Shown: positions 7,054-20,017 of the stretch, piece by piece | Numbering within the stretch: position 1 is the stretch's first letter | Layout: every line of letters begins with the position of its first letter | NCBI RefSeq assembly: GCF_000195755.1 | Contig: NC_002937.3 | Span: forward strand, 1,110,001 to 1,142,000 | Source of the DNA: Nitratidesulfovibrio vulgaris str. Hildenborough | Lineage (GTDB): Bacteria > Desulfobacterota > Desulfovibrionia > Desulfovibrionales > Desulfovibrionaceae | DNA: 32,000 nucleotides | Reading direction: 5' to 3' | Notes under the pieces: generated by a model | Database searches by the model: none | Told to the model about the DNA's origin: nothing | Seen by the model: the letters and a program-made list of their open reading frames with translations, nothing else | Position numbers and translations under genes: made by a program

Positions 7054-9384
7054 GTGTCTGGAATTGATGAAGAACATATGGGCGGTTATCAGGGAGCCGA
7101 CGCGGGTGACGCCTCTGGGCAGGACCGTGTTGCGGCGTCAGGTGTCGCTTCGGAACATTATGCAAAAAATACGCCAGTGGACCTTCCTTCGGGGGTCGCA
7201 GCCGGTGACGTGGACTATGCGCCGCCCCTCATGCAGTGTCTGGCCTTGCTGTTCCGTCTGAACGGAAAGCCCGTCTCGACACGCTACCTCATGTCCGGCT
7301 TGCCCATGGGGGCCACTGAAGGCCCGGCCCTCACTGCCGCGTGTCTGCGGGCTGCAAGAGTCGCTGGCATGGAGGCCCGTGTCGCCTATAAGCCGACCTT
7401 GCGGCAGATTTCACCGTTGACGCTGCCGTGCATCATGCTGCTGAAAGACGAGAAGGCCTGCATCCTGATGCGGATACAGGGTGAGCAGGCCGAGGTGCTC
7501 TTTCCCGAGACGGGCATGGATGCCGTCACCGTGCCGCTTTCACGTCTCGCCGAAGAATACGCCGGGTATGCCGTCTTTGGCAGCCCTGTGAGCAAACTCG
7601 ACAAACGGGCCAGCGAGATGCGCCTGCTCAAGGTCAAACGCTGGTTCTGGGACACCCTGCTCCATTTTCTGCCAATATACAGGCACGTGCTGCTTGCCAG
7701 TGTCGTGGTGAACCTGCTCACGGTGGCAAGCCCGCTTTTCTTCATGAACGTCTACGACCGTGTCGTACCCAACAGTGCCACCGACACCCTCTGGGTGCTG
7801 GCCGTTGGTATCGGTATTGCCTACATCTGCGATTTCGTGCTCCGGAACCTGCGCAGCTACTTTGTCGACGTGGCCGGGCGCAATGCCGATGTGGTGCTTG
7901 CCAGCAGGCTCATGCAGCATCTCATGGCCGTGCGCCTTGACAACAAGCCCGATTCGACCGGGTCGCTCGCGAACAACCTGCGCGAGTTCGAGTCGTTGCG
8001 TGAATTCTTCGGCTCGACGACGCTTCTTGCCCTGGTCGACCTCCCATTCCTCGTTCTCTTCCTGTTCATCGTCGCGCTGATAGGGGGCGAGATGATCGCG
8101 TTGCCGGCCATAGCCATCCCGGTCGTGCTGGGAGTGGGTATGCTCGTGCAGTACCCGTTCCAGCGTGTCGCCGAAGCAGGCTACAAGGAGGCGATGCAGA
8201 AGAACGCGCTGCTGGTGGAGATCATCAACGGGCTCGAGACGGTCAAGGCGTCCATGGCGGAAGGGCGGCTGCAACATGCGTGGGAGAAGGTCGTCGGCAT
8301 GAGTGCCCGTTCCAACGCGCATTCGAAGGGGCTGGCCAACCTTTCCATCACCGTGTCGCTGCTGGTCACCCAGCTTGTGAGCGTGGGCATCATCATCTGG
8401 GGTGTCTACAAGATAAGCGACGGTACGCTCACCATGGGTGGGCTCATCGCCTGCAACATGCTGTCAGCACGCGCCATGGCCCCCCTGAGCCAGATAGCCG
8501 CCATGCTGGCACGGTTGCAGCAATCGCGCATGGCCCTGAAGTCGCTCGACATTCTCATGCAGCTGCCTGTCGAGCGCCCTGAAGACAGGCCCTATGTGGA
8601 CTTCGGACCACTCGAGCACTCGCTTGAGCTGGAGTCCGTCTCCTTTGCCTACCCGGGGGCCGAACGGCTTGCGCTGGACGGTGTGTCGCTGCGGATACGC
8701 CCAGGCGAGAAGGTGGGGGTCATCGGCAAGATGGGGTCGGGGAAGTCGACACTCGGACGTCTCATGATGGGACTCTACCAGCCACGGGACGGGGCCGTGA
8801 AGTTCGGCGGCGTGGATATCAGGCAGATGGACATGGCCGACCTGCGCGGTCGCATCGGCTATCTGTCACAGGACAACTATCTTTTTTACGGTACGTTGCG
8901 CGACAACATCGCCATGGGTGTGCCCAATGCCGATGACCGCATGATCATGCGTGCCGCCGACGTCGCGGGTGTCACCGAGTTCGCACGCAACCATCCCGCA
9001 GGGTTCGGCTTGCAGGTCGGCGAACGGGGCATGGCGTTGTCGGGGGGGCAACGGCAGGCTGTCGCCCTTGCCCGCGCGCTGCTGCACGACCCCGACGTGC
9101 TCATCCTCGACGAACCTACCAGTAACATGGACACGGGCTCTGAATTCGCATTCAAACAGCGACTCAGGGCCCTGCTTGGTGACAAGACGCTGGTGCTCAT
9201 CACCCATCGTATGAGTGTCATCGACCTTGTGGATAGACTCGTCGTCGTCGATGGCGGTCGCATCGTGGCCGACGGTCCGCGTGATGCCGTCATCAAGGCG
9301 CTTCGCAGTACCGGGGTGCAAGCCGCGCCTGCTGCCCGCTTCAGGAAGAACGGCACGGTCGGTGCCGCCGGGGGGGCTGCCTAG
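7054..9384 (+). CDS. Type I secretion ABC transporter (permease/ATPase) with an N-terminal C39-like domain; LapB/HlyB class
   Basis: The 6-TM ABC_membrane region is followed by Walker A GKMGSGKST, signature LSGGQRQ and Walker B LILDEPTS. The track starts at TTG 6970. I prefer in-frame GTG 7054 (GGGGGA 3-5 nt upstream) or ATG 7078, so the start is uncertain within 6970-7078. Confidence 0.9.
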   Translation: MSGIDEEHMGGYQGADAGDASGQDRVAASGVASEHYAKNTPVDLPSGVAAGDVDYAPPLMQCLALLFRLNGKPVSTRYLMSGLPMGATEGPALTAACLRAARVAGMEARVAYKPTLRQISPLTLPCIMLLKDEKACILMRIQGEQAEVLFPETGMDAVTVPLSRLAEEYAGYAVFGSPVSKLDKRASEMRLLKVKRWFWDTLLHFLPIYRHVLLASVVVNLLTVASPLFFMNVYDRVVPNSATDTLWVLAVGIGIAYICDFVLRNLRSYFVDVAGRNADVVLASRLMQHLMAVRLDNKPDSTGSLANNLREFESLREFFGSTTLLALVDLPFLVLFLFIVALIGGEMIALPAIAIPVVLGVGMLVQYPFQRVAEAGYKEAMQKNALLVEIINGLETVKASMAEGRLQHAWEKVVGMSARSNAHSKGLANLSITVSLLVTQLVSVGIIIWGVYKISDGTLTMGGLIACNMLSARAMAPLSQIAAMLARLQQSRMALKSLDILMQLPVERPEDRPYVDFGPLEHSLELESVSFAYPGAERLALDGVSLRIRPGEKVGVIGKMGSGKSTLGRLMMGLYQPRDGAVKFGGVDIRQMDMADLRGRIGYLSQDNYLFYGTLRDNIAMGVPNADDRMIMRAADVAGVTEFARNHPAGFGLQVGERGMALSGGQRQAVALARALLHDPDVLILDEPTSNMDTGSEFAFKQRLRALLGDKTLVLITHRMSVIDLVDRLVVVDGGRIVADGPRDAVIKALRSTGVQAAPAARFRKNGTVGAAGGAA

Positions 9385-9386
9385 CC

Positions 9387-10732
9387 ATGCCGCTGTTCCA
9401 ATGGAAAAAACGCGACAGTGTTGCGAGGGAAGACGTACAATTCATGAGCGAGGTCGATGCAGCCTTGCATCGGGCCGGGCATCCTTATGCCTACCTGCTT
9501 TCGTGCGCCATCTTCGGCGTGTTCGCCATCTTTTTCGTGTGGGCGGCTTTCGCCCCGCTGGATGAGGTCACGCGCGGACAGGGGCAGGTCATTCCCTCGC
9601 AGCGTGTACAGGTCATCCAGAACCTCGAAGGCGGCATCCTGCGCGAACTGCTCGTCCATGAGAGCCAGATTGTGGAAAAGGGCGACGTGCTGCTGCGTAT
9701 CGACAACGAAGCAGCCGAGAGTTTCTACCGCGATGCCCTTGGCAAGTCCGTCGAACACCAGATTGCCATCGCCCGCCTCGAAGCCGAACTCGAAGGGCGT
9801 GACCCCGTGTATCCTGCTGAACTCATGACCGAATGGCCTCAGGTCGTGGAGAACCAGGCGGATGTCTACCGGGCGCGAAGACAGCAGGTCGCCGTCGAAC
9901 AGAGGGTCCTCGAAGCGCAGCTGCACCAGAAGGAGCAGGAAATCGAGGAGATGACGAGCCGCAAGCGACAGCTTGAAGATTCGTTGCGCGTCGCCGTGGA
10001 GCAACGTGAAATCGCCCGCCCGCTCATGGAGAAGCAGATATACCCGCGCGTCGAGTACCTTTCGCTCGAGCAGAAGGTCATCTCCCTGCGAGGCGAGATA
10101 AGCTCGCTTGCCATATCCATTCCCAAGGCCCGCGCGGCAGCGGATGAGGCCAAGGAACGCCTCGCCTTCCGCAAGGCACAGATACGTTCCGAGGCGCTTG
10201 AGGAACTCAACAAACGACGGGGCGAGTTGAACTCCCTGCGTGAGACGCTTTCTGCCGGGGGCGACCGGGTGACACGTACCGACGTGCGCAGCCCGGTGCG
10301 AGGAACGGTCAAGCGGCTCATCATCAATACTGTCGGGGGGGTCATCAAACCGGGTGAGCCCATCATGGAAATCGTGCCACTGGATGACACCCTGCTCATC
10401 GAGGCCCGGATACGCCCCGCCGACATCGCCTTCCTGCATCCCGACCAGAAGGCCGTGGTCAAGATAACGGCCTATGACTATTCCATCTACGGGGGGCTTG
10501 AAGGGGTCGTCGAACAGATAAGCGCCGACACCATCGAGGACAGGAAGGGCGAGTTCTACTATCTGGTGAAGTTGCGCACCCGCAAGAGTGCCATCGTGTA
10601 TCGGGGTGAGGCGCTGCCCATCATGCCCGGTATGACCGCAACCGTGGATATTCTCACAGGCAAGAAGACGGTTCTCGATTATCTGCTCAAGCCCATCCTC
10701 AAGGCACAGCAGAATGCCCTGCGGGAGCGTTG

Positions 10733-10733
<1 letters not shown>
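9387..10733 (+). CDS. HlyD-family type I secretion membrane fusion protein (LapC-like)
   Basis: 448 aa with an N-terminal TM (LLSCAIFGVFAIFFVWAAF), a long coiled-coil and C-terminal beta-barrel motifs (ARIRPADIAFLHPDQKAVVKITAYDY, MPGMTATVDILTGKKTVLDYLL). The ATG lies 2 nt after the ABC stop. Confidence 0.93.
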
Positions 10734-14061
<3,328 letters not shown>

Positions 14062-14215
14062 TAGAGGATTGCAAGCCCGGAAGGGAGTGTGCTCTGTGAA
14101 CAGGCATCCTGTCGTGCAATAGCGACCGGTGACGGTGGTCGAGGGGCATTCGTGCCGATGCCACCGCGACGCCGGGCAGAAGTTCACGCCGGATGCATGT
14201 GCCCATGTCAATGAA

Positions 14216-14244
14216 AGAGGCCCGGAGCGAAACTCCGGGCCTCT
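14216..14244. terminator. 12-bp perfect hairpin between convergent genes (receptor gene and SufBD gene)
   Basis: agaggcccggag-cgaaa-ctccgggcctct. Only weak T-rich tails are present on either strand. Confidence 0.5.
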
Positions 14245-14279
14245 CGTCGTCTGGTCTGATGAGGGATGCTGTCCCGATG

Positions 14280-15446
14280 CTACATGGCGTCGCCAGCGTC
14301 AAGCTGGTTGATCTGCTCTTCGACAGCCTTTTCAAGTTCTTCGGGCAGTCCCATGATGTCGACGTTGAGGAAGCCCCGCACGATGGTGGAGGTGGCTTCA
14401 TCTTCGTCAAGACCGCGTGCCATGAGGTATTCGATCTCTTCCTGCGCGATCTTGCCCACTGCGGCTTCGTGCGACAGTTCGACCCCGTCCTGCGTACCTT
14501 CGAGCTCGGGGATGGCGTGGATGACACCGCCGCCGAGGATGAGGCCCTTGCATTCGAGGTGCCCGCGGGCAGGTACGGCATGGCCCGCGATGTGACCGCG
14601 GTTGATGATGGTGCCGCCTGTGGTCATGGTGCGGGCGATGATCTCGCCGCGCGTGTCGGGGGCTTCGAGCAGGATGCGGTTGCCGGTGTCGACGTACGAG
14701 CCTGTAGGGGCAACGATGACCGAGTTGAAGCGGGCCACCGAACCACGACCACCGAGGGTGATGGTGGGGTACATCTGCAGGTCGGTGACAGGCTTGAGCA
14801 GTACATAGTTGCTGAGGAAGACGGCGTCTTCTTCAAGGTAGCCTGCGGAACGCGGACGGACGGCGGCCTCTTCACCCCAGTTGTGGATCATGGTGAAGGT
14901 GAGCTTGCCGCCCTTGTGGACGTAGAATTCGGAGATGCCGAGGTGGGCCACCGAACGGGTGTCATGCGCGGTGGCACAACCCGTGATGATGTGCATCTCG
15001 GCCCCTTCTTCGACGACCACCACGTTGTGCACGTTCTGTCCGACGCCGTTGCCCTTGATGAACAGGCACGACTGGACGGGGGCTTCTATCTTCGCGCCCG
15101 CGCGGGCACGGATGAAGTAGCCGCCATGCAGGTGCTCGTCGGCGGCACGGGTGTACTCGTCCTTGTTGCGGTCGACGAGTTTCCAGAAATAGTCGGGCAG
15201 ACCGTGGTAGGTGTCGAGGGCCTGCTTGATATCGAGAATCTCGAGCCCTTCCTGACGGCTGGTGCAGTGCACACCCGAATGGTTCATGTGCATGAACGAG
15301 CCGGCGAGATTCTGCTGGTTCACGTCGATACCGGCGTAGAGCAGGCGCTGCTTGTCGGCGGCGTCAAGCTGGGTGAGGTCGCCGATAGAGGAAGCCTGTG
15401 CGCCGTCGAACTGGTAGCGCGAGAGGTCGACTTTCTTGAAGCTCAT
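14280..15446 (-). CDS. SufB/SufD-family Fe-S cluster assembly scaffold protein
   Basis: 388 aa with a beta-helix-type SufBD core (GAEMHIITGCATAH, GHLECKGLILGGG, IPELEGTQDGVELSHEAAVGKI). Its start abuts the SufC stop. Confidence 0.88.
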   Translation of the reverse strand: MSFKKVDLSRYQFDGAQASSIGDLTQLDAADKQRLLYAGIDVNQQNLAGSFMHMNHSGVHCTSRQEGLEILDIKQALDTYHGLPDYFWKLVDRNKDEYTRAADEHLHGGYFIRARAGAKIEAPVQSCLFIKGNGVGQNVHNVVVVEEGAEMHIITGCATAHDTRSVAHLGISEFYVHKGGKLTFTMIHNWGEEAAVRPRSAGYLEEDAVFLSNYVLLKPVTDLQMYPTITLGGRGSVARFNSVIVAPTGSYVDTGNRILLEAPDTRGEIIARTMTTGGTIINRGHIAGHAVPARGHLECKGLILGGGVIHAIPELEGTQDGVELSHEAAVGKIAQEEIEYLMARGLDEDEATSTIVRGFLNVDIMGLPEELEKAVEEQINQLDAGDAM

Positions 15447-15447
15447 G

Positions 15448-16224
15448 CTACAGTCCTCCCTTGATGTCGCTATCGAGGCAGCGCAGACATTCCTGATAGC
15501 CGTGCTTGCCGATGTGCTCGAGGATGTCGCGCGGGCGTGCCTCGCAGCACAGGTGCCCGTCGTACATCACCTGACCGCGGTCGGCGTTGACGTATTCGAG
15601 GATGTAGCCGGTGTGCGTGATGATGAGCCCGGCGGTCTTGCAGGCTGCCTTGCGCTGCTTGATGCTGGCGCAGGATGCCGGGGCGATGCCGTCGAGCAAC
15701 TGGCGCGCCGTCTGCCCGATGAGCGACATGTTCTCGAGGTCGACCCCGGATTCGGGTTCGTCGAAGAGAACAAGGTCGGGCTGCTGGGCCATGAGCTGCA
15801 GAAGTTCGGAGCGCTTTATCTCGCCGCCGGAGAACCCGGCGTTGACGTCACGTTCGAGGAAGCGGTCGAAGTTGACGCGCTGCGCCAGCCCTTCGACGTC
15901 CACCTCGCGTCCGCGTCCGCACATGCGCACGAGGTGCCCGGTCTTGAGACCATGTATGGTGGGCGGGCGCTGGAACGACATGCCCATGCCGAGACGGGCG
16001 CGTTCGTACATGGGCGCGTTGGTGATGTCATGACCCTTGAAAAGTATCTGACCCTGCGTGACCTTGTAGTTGGCGAAGCCCATGAGCGTCATGAGCAGGG
16101 TGGTCTTGCCGGAACCGTTGGGACCGAAAAGAATGAAGGTTTCACCGGGGCGGATGTGGAGATTGATGCCCTTCAGCACCTCGACATCGCCGATGCAGAC
16201 GTGAAGATCCCGTATCTCGAGCAT
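15448..16224 (-). CDS. sufC: SufC-type Fe-S assembly ABC ATPase
   Basis: MLEIRDLHV..., Walker A GPNGSGKTT, signature FSGGEIKR, Walker B LVLFDEPESGVD. AAGGGG lies 7 nt upstream of ATG 16224. The track's 16272 start adds 16 unlikely residues. Confidence 0.9.
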   Translation of the reverse strand: MLEIRDLHVCIGDVEVLKGINLHIRPGETFILFGPNGSGKTTLLMTLMGFANYKVTQGQILFKGHDITNAPMYERARLGMGMSFQRPPTIHGLKTGHLVRMCGRGREVDVEGLAQRVNFDRFLERDVNAGFSGGEIKRSELLQLMAQQPDLVLFDEPESGVDLENMSLIGQTARQLLDGIAPASCASIKQRKAACKTAGLIITHTGYILEYVNADRGQVMYDGHLCCEARPRDILEHIGKHGYQECLRCLDSDIKGGL

Positions 16225-16724
16225 TGTGGACCCCTTGGAGATGGCTTCATGCGGTACGCGCCCCTCATGCAAGGGGGGACTGCATGGCAGACCTGAACTT
16301 ATGCGGCATACCCCCGGTCAAGTCAATGTGGACTTTTCCGGTATGTGATAGGTGCGTTTCTGGTGTGTGAAGGGGCCTTCTGGAGATGATGACCTCCGCA
16401 ATACATGCCGTGCAGATGGCGGGAGGTCGTTTGCCGCCTGCGGTGCCCCTGCCCCAGACGCAATCCCCATATCCTCTCCGTCTCTTCGCCGCCCCGCCCC
16501 TGTCCGTCGTCCTGTCATTGGACTGCCCGTTGCCGATATCGAGTCCCCACGTTTCAGGGGCTCCTGTCTGCCTCGCGTCGTGTACGCCATCGAGGCTGTT
16601 GCCGGGGCGACGTGCCGGGGGGATGCGCAAAAGCTCGGGCAGATGCTCTGCGCAGGACGCCGTGAGGCTGCGCAAGGCGCCGGGGGCGTTGCGGGGGGGG
16701 GCTGTCCGAGACGCCCGATGTCGT

Positions 16725-17465
16725 TCAGTCCTGCAAGGGAGGAACAGCCTTTCTGCTACGCCCGAAAGGGCCGTGAGGGGAGCAGAAGTAGCAGCGTTCG
16801 GGCCTGCGGAACAACGGCAGGAGCAGCACTCCGGCGATGAACCCGCCTAGGTGGGCCCACCATGCGATGCCCGCGCCCTCGTCTCCGAGGGCGGAAAGGC
16901 CGGAGGCCAACTGTACGAGAAACCAGATGCCGAGGTACACGAGGGCGGGCAGGTCGAACACCAGCGGGATGAAGACCAGAAGTACAAGCGTCGTGACCCG
17001 CGCGTGGGGGTACAGGAGGAAATACGCGCCGAGAACACCTGCAATGGCGCCCGAGGCACCGACGACCGGTATCGTCGATGCGGGGGAGAAGAAGACATGT
17101 GTGAACAGCGCTGCCAGACCGCACGTGAGATAGAACACCGTGAACCGCCACGGACCCATGACATCTTCGATGTTGTCGCCGAAGATCCATAATGTCCACA
17201 TGTTGACGAGAAAGTGCCCCCAGCCGCCATGCAGGAACATATGCGTGAAGAAACTGGCTTCGCCGCCGGGCGGGAAACCAGCCGAAAGTGCCCAGTCGGG
17301 GAACGAGAAGCGGGCGGGCACGACACCGAAGACATGAAAGACCGTGTAGACCTCCGAAGGGGCAAGTCCCTGCTGCCACAGGAAGACCGCAAGGTTCAGG
17401 CCGAGAATCGTCCAGACGGCCCACGGCGTATGGACTCTGGGGATGGTGTCGCGCAGGGGGAACAT
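16725..17465 (-). CDS. Rhomboid-family intramembrane serine protease
   Basis: Polytopic protein with HMFLHGGWGHFLVNMW, the catalytic GASGAIAGVLG motif and the WWAHLGGFIAG histidine motif. AGGAGGA lies before the ATG, 11 nt after the upstream stop. Confidence 0.9.
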   Translation of the reverse strand: MFPLRDTIPRVHTPWAVWTILGLNLAVFLWQQGLAPSEVYTVFHVFGVVPARFSFPDWALSAGFPPGGEASFFTHMFLHGGWGHFLVNMWTLWIFGDNIEDVMGPWRFTVFYLTCGLAALFTHVFFSPASTIPVVGASGAIAGVLGAYFLLYPHARVTTLVLLVFIPLVFDLPALVYLGIWFLVQLASGLSALGDEGAGIAWWAHLGGFIAGVLLLPLFRRPERCYFCSPHGPFGRSRKAVPPLQD

Positions 17466-17476
17466 GCGTTGTCCTC

Positions 17477-19102
17477 CTAGTCCTTCCAGATGTCGTGCAG
17501 TTCTTCGGCGAGTCTTGCTTCTGCCGCTTCGCGGCGCGTATCGAGTGCGGCGATGAAACGGCCCGTCTCGCCGGACAGGTCTTCCAGCGAACCGCCGTTG
17601 TCGATGAGCATGTCACAGGCGCGCATCTTGTCCTCGTCCGGCCACTGCCACGCGGTCATGGCGGCGATGGTCTCGGGTGTCCAGCCGCGTATCTCGGTCA
17701 GGCGGTGCATGCGTTCGCGTTCAGGACAGGCCACCCCTGCCAGCACGTCGCATGAACCGTCGCCGCTTCGCCAGCCTGCTTCGAGGAACAGGGGGACTTC
17801 CGCCACGGCCACGGGTGCGCCCGTTTCGGCATGGCGTGTGTAAAAGGCCTCCATGTCGTGCCTGACGAGGGGGTGCACCATCTGTTCGACCTCGCGGCGC
17901 AGCCCCGGTTCAGTCTGCATGGCGGCAAGCAGGGCCCTGCGGTCGACAGGTGCGGAGTCGTCGGGCACGAACCTGTCGCCGAAGCGTCCGCGCAGGCAGT
18001 GCCAGCCATCGGCCCCCGGTTCATAGAGGGCTGCCACCGCCGCGTCGGCACTCCATGTGGGAACGCCGCGGTCTTGCAGGCAGTGCAGCAGGGCGGACTT
18101 GCCGCAACCCGGTGAGCCTGTGATCACCACCCGTGTCATGCGACGCGCGAGGGCGATGGCGAGGTCGGGGAAGTCCTGCGGGGGCGGGCAGGTGAAGCGC
18201 AACCGTTCCCCGGTGACGGGGTGGGTGAAGGCAAGATGCCATGCATGCAGCATCTGCCTTGCGCCGTAGCCCTGTTCGCGTAGACGGGCTGGCGTGCCGG
18301 GGCCGTAGAGTTGGTCGCCCCAGAGGGGAAAGCCCGCGTGGGCCATGTGCACTCTTATCTGGTGCGTGCGGCCCGAATGGATGCGCACCGCCACGAGGGC
18401 GTAGTGTCCTTCCGGGGCGGCATGGAGCACGCGCCATTCGGAACGGGCGGGTTTGCCGCCCTTCACCACCGCCATGCGCACCTTGTGGGTGGGGTGGCGC
18501 CCGATGGGGGCGTCGACCTCTCCGGTGGCGGGAGGCACGCCATGCACGAGGGCGAGGTATTCCTTTTCGACGGTGCGCTCGGCGAAAGCCTCGCTCAGCT
18601 TCAGGCGCACACCCTCGGACAATGCCACGAGAAGCAGGCCGCTCGTATCCTTGTCGATGCGGTGGACGATGCCGGGTCTGAACCCTTCTTGCGCGCGCAG
18701 CGCGTCGAAGTGGTGCACCAGACGATGCACCAGCGTGCCTTCGGGGCAACTGGGGCAGGGGTGCACCGTGAGTCCGGCGGGCTTGTCGATGACCAGCAGG
18801 TGCTCGTCGCGATGGATGATGGTCAGGTCGCCCTCTTCGGGCTCCACGGCTGTGGCGGCGGGGGCTATGGCGAGTTCCACCCTTTGTCCGGAGCGTAGCC
18901 GGGTACTGGGGGTGGTGCAGACGGTGCCGTCGACCGTGCACTGACCGTCGCGTATGGCACGCTTGATCTTTTCGCGTGAAAGGTCGGTATGGGACAGGGC
19001 CTCGCCGAGAAAGCGGTCGAGCCGTTCGTTGCGCATCCCGGCGGGAACCGTCAGGCTGTGTGCCTGCTCCTTTCCGGAGAGGGCTGTCTGTGTGTTCTGC
19101 AT
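17477..19102 (-). CDS. Fusion protein: RluD-type 23S rRNA pseudouridine synthase (S4 + PseudoU_synth_2) with C-terminal dephospho-CoA kinase (CoaE)
   Basis: The N-terminal part has RLDRFL, an S4-like segment and the catalytic HRIDKDTSGLLLVA. The C-terminal ~205 aa has the P-loop ITGSPGCGKS (~18094-18120) and CoaE-like helices. The frame is continuous. There is no SD before the internal Met at 18139. The start (19102) has no obvious SD and may instead be the Met 22 codons downstream. Confidence 0.85.
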   Translation of the reverse strand: MQNTQTALSGKEQAHSLTVPAGMRNERLDRFLGEALSHTDLSREKIKRAIRDGQCTVDGTVCTTPSTRLRSGQRVELAIAPAATAVEPEEGDLTIIHRDEHLLVIDKPAGLTVHPCPSCPEGTLVHRLVHHFDALRAQEGFRPGIVHRIDKDTSGLLLVALSEGVRLKLSEAFAERTVEKEYLALVHGVPPATGEVDAPIGRHPTHKVRMAVVKGGKPARSEWRVLHAAPEGHYALVAVRIHSGRTHQIRVHMAHAGFPLWGDQLYGPGTPARLREQGYGARQMLHAWHLAFTHPVTGERLRFTCPPPQDFPDLAIALARRMTRVVITGSPGCGKSALLHCLQDRGVPTWSADAAVAALYEPGADGWHCLRGRFGDRFVPDDSAPVDRRALLAAMQTEPGLRREVEQMVHPLVRHDMEAFYTRHAETGAPVAVAEVPLFLEAGWRSGDGSCDVLAGVACPERERMHRLTEIRGWTPETIAAMTAWQWPDEDKMRACDMLIDNGGSLEDLSGETGRFIAALDTRREAAEARLAEELHDIWKD

Positions 19103-19125
19103 AGGAGGAGAGCCGATGGTTTTTC

Positions 19126-19155
19126 TTGACGTCGCATCTGTAGATTGGCTATTTA
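19126..19155 (+). promoter_or_regulatory. Candidate sigma70-type promoter for upp
   Basis: TTGACG (19126-19131), an 18-nt spacer, then TATTTA (19150-19155). The -10 match is weak. Confidence 0.3.
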
Positions 19156-19211
19156 CTGTCCGTTTGGGGTTCTGACGCCCCTGTCACCGTACCACGTCCA
19201 AGGAGACAACC

Positions 19212-19838
19212 GTGGCTGTTTACGTCGTCGACCATCCGCTGGTCAAACACAAGCTGGGCCGCCTGCGCCAGCATGATGTCCCGGTGAGCGAATTCCGGGC
19301 CATCGCCAACGAACTCTGCCGTCTTCTCGCCTACGAGGCCACGAAGGACCTCGAAACGGAGAAGGTCAGCGTACAGGGTTGGGCCGGGCCTGTCGAGGTC
19401 GACCAGATAAAGGGCAAGAAGATCACCGCCGTGCCCATCCTGCGCGCCGGTCTCGGCATGCTCGACGGCTTCCTGGATATGATTCCCGGTGCCAAGGTCA
19501 GCGTGGTGGGCATGTTCCGCAACGAGGAGACCCTCGAACCGGTGCAGTACTACACCAAGCTCGCCAAGAACATCGACGAGCGCATGGCTGTCATCCTCGA
19601 CCCCATGCTGGCGACCGGCGGCACCCTCGACGCCACCATCGACCTTCTCAAGAATGCAGGCTGCCCGCAGATAAAGGGACTTTTCCTCGTCGCCGCGCCC
19701 GAAGGGCTGAAGCGCATCGTGGACAAGCACCCCGATGTGGACATCTACGTCGCCGCCGTGGATGAACGCCTGAACGAACACGGCTACATCCTGCCCGGTC
19801 TCGGCGACGCGGGCGACAAGATATTCGGCACCAAGTAA
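19212..19838 (+). CDS. upp: Uracil phosphoribosyltransferase
   Basis: 208 aa. The PRPP motif ([13 protein letters not shown]) and C-terminal [17 protein letters not shown] are diagnostic. GTG start with AAGGAGA upstream. Confidence 0.95.
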   Translation: MAVYVVDHPLVKHKLGRLRQHDVPVSEFRAIANELCRLLAYEATKDLETEKVSVQGWAGPVEVDQIKGKKITAVPILRAGLGMLDGFLDMIPGAKVSVVGMFRNEETLEPVQYYTKLAKNIDERMAVILDPMLATGGTLDATIDLLKNAGCPQIKGLFLVAAPEGLKRIVDKHPDVDIYVAAVDERLNEHGYILPGLGDAGDKIFGTK

Positions 19839-19856
19839 GACGGTATCCGCAATGGT

Positions 19857-19921
19857 GGGGCATTTTTCCGGAGTCGGCGCATCGTGAATGTGCCGGCTTC
19901 GTTGAAGAATGCCCCTTTTTT
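19857..19921 (+). terminator. Branched hairpin plus T6 run downstream of upp; terminator or attenuator ahead of the permease gene
   Basis: The outer stem is ggggcatt (19857-19864) / aatgcccc (19908-19915), followed by tttttt. An inner imperfect stem is cggcgcat/atgtgccg. Confidence 0.55.
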
Positions 19922-20017
19922 GCGGCTTTCAGGCATCCGCAGGCGGGGTAGGGCGAACGTGCGCCGGGCGTCGTCGTCCATGATGTGCAGAGATAACCGA
20001 ACAGGGAGGAGGCAGAG

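Noticed and set aside
5130-7060. TGGCA-containing sequences as possible sigma54 promoters (for example 5141-5160, 6770-6790, 7005-7025; also 16395-16415 and 26980-27010)
   Set aside because: In every case the GG-to-GC spacing differs from the required -24/-12 geometry, or the TTGC element is missing.
14193-16296. Plus-strand ORFs of 423 aa (14193-15464) and 286 aa (15436-16296)
   Set aside because: They are antisense shadows of the SufBD and SufC genes, whose products carry diagnostic motifs.
16318-16850. Several 86-162-aa ORFs in the region between sufC and the rhomboid gene
   Set aside because: They mutually overlap in multiple frames, are Arg/Pro/Gly-rich, and have no SD or family resemblance. 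I treat the region as non-coding.
19116-19175. 20-codon sORF (MVFLDVASVDWLFTVRLGF) with a perfect AGGAGGAG 5 nt upstream, ahead of upp
   Set aside because: The SD abuts the divergent rluD-coaE start codon. The best upp promoter candidate (19126-19155) lies downstream of the sORF start, so it is probably not on the upp mRNA. It is worth only a glance in Ribo-seq data.
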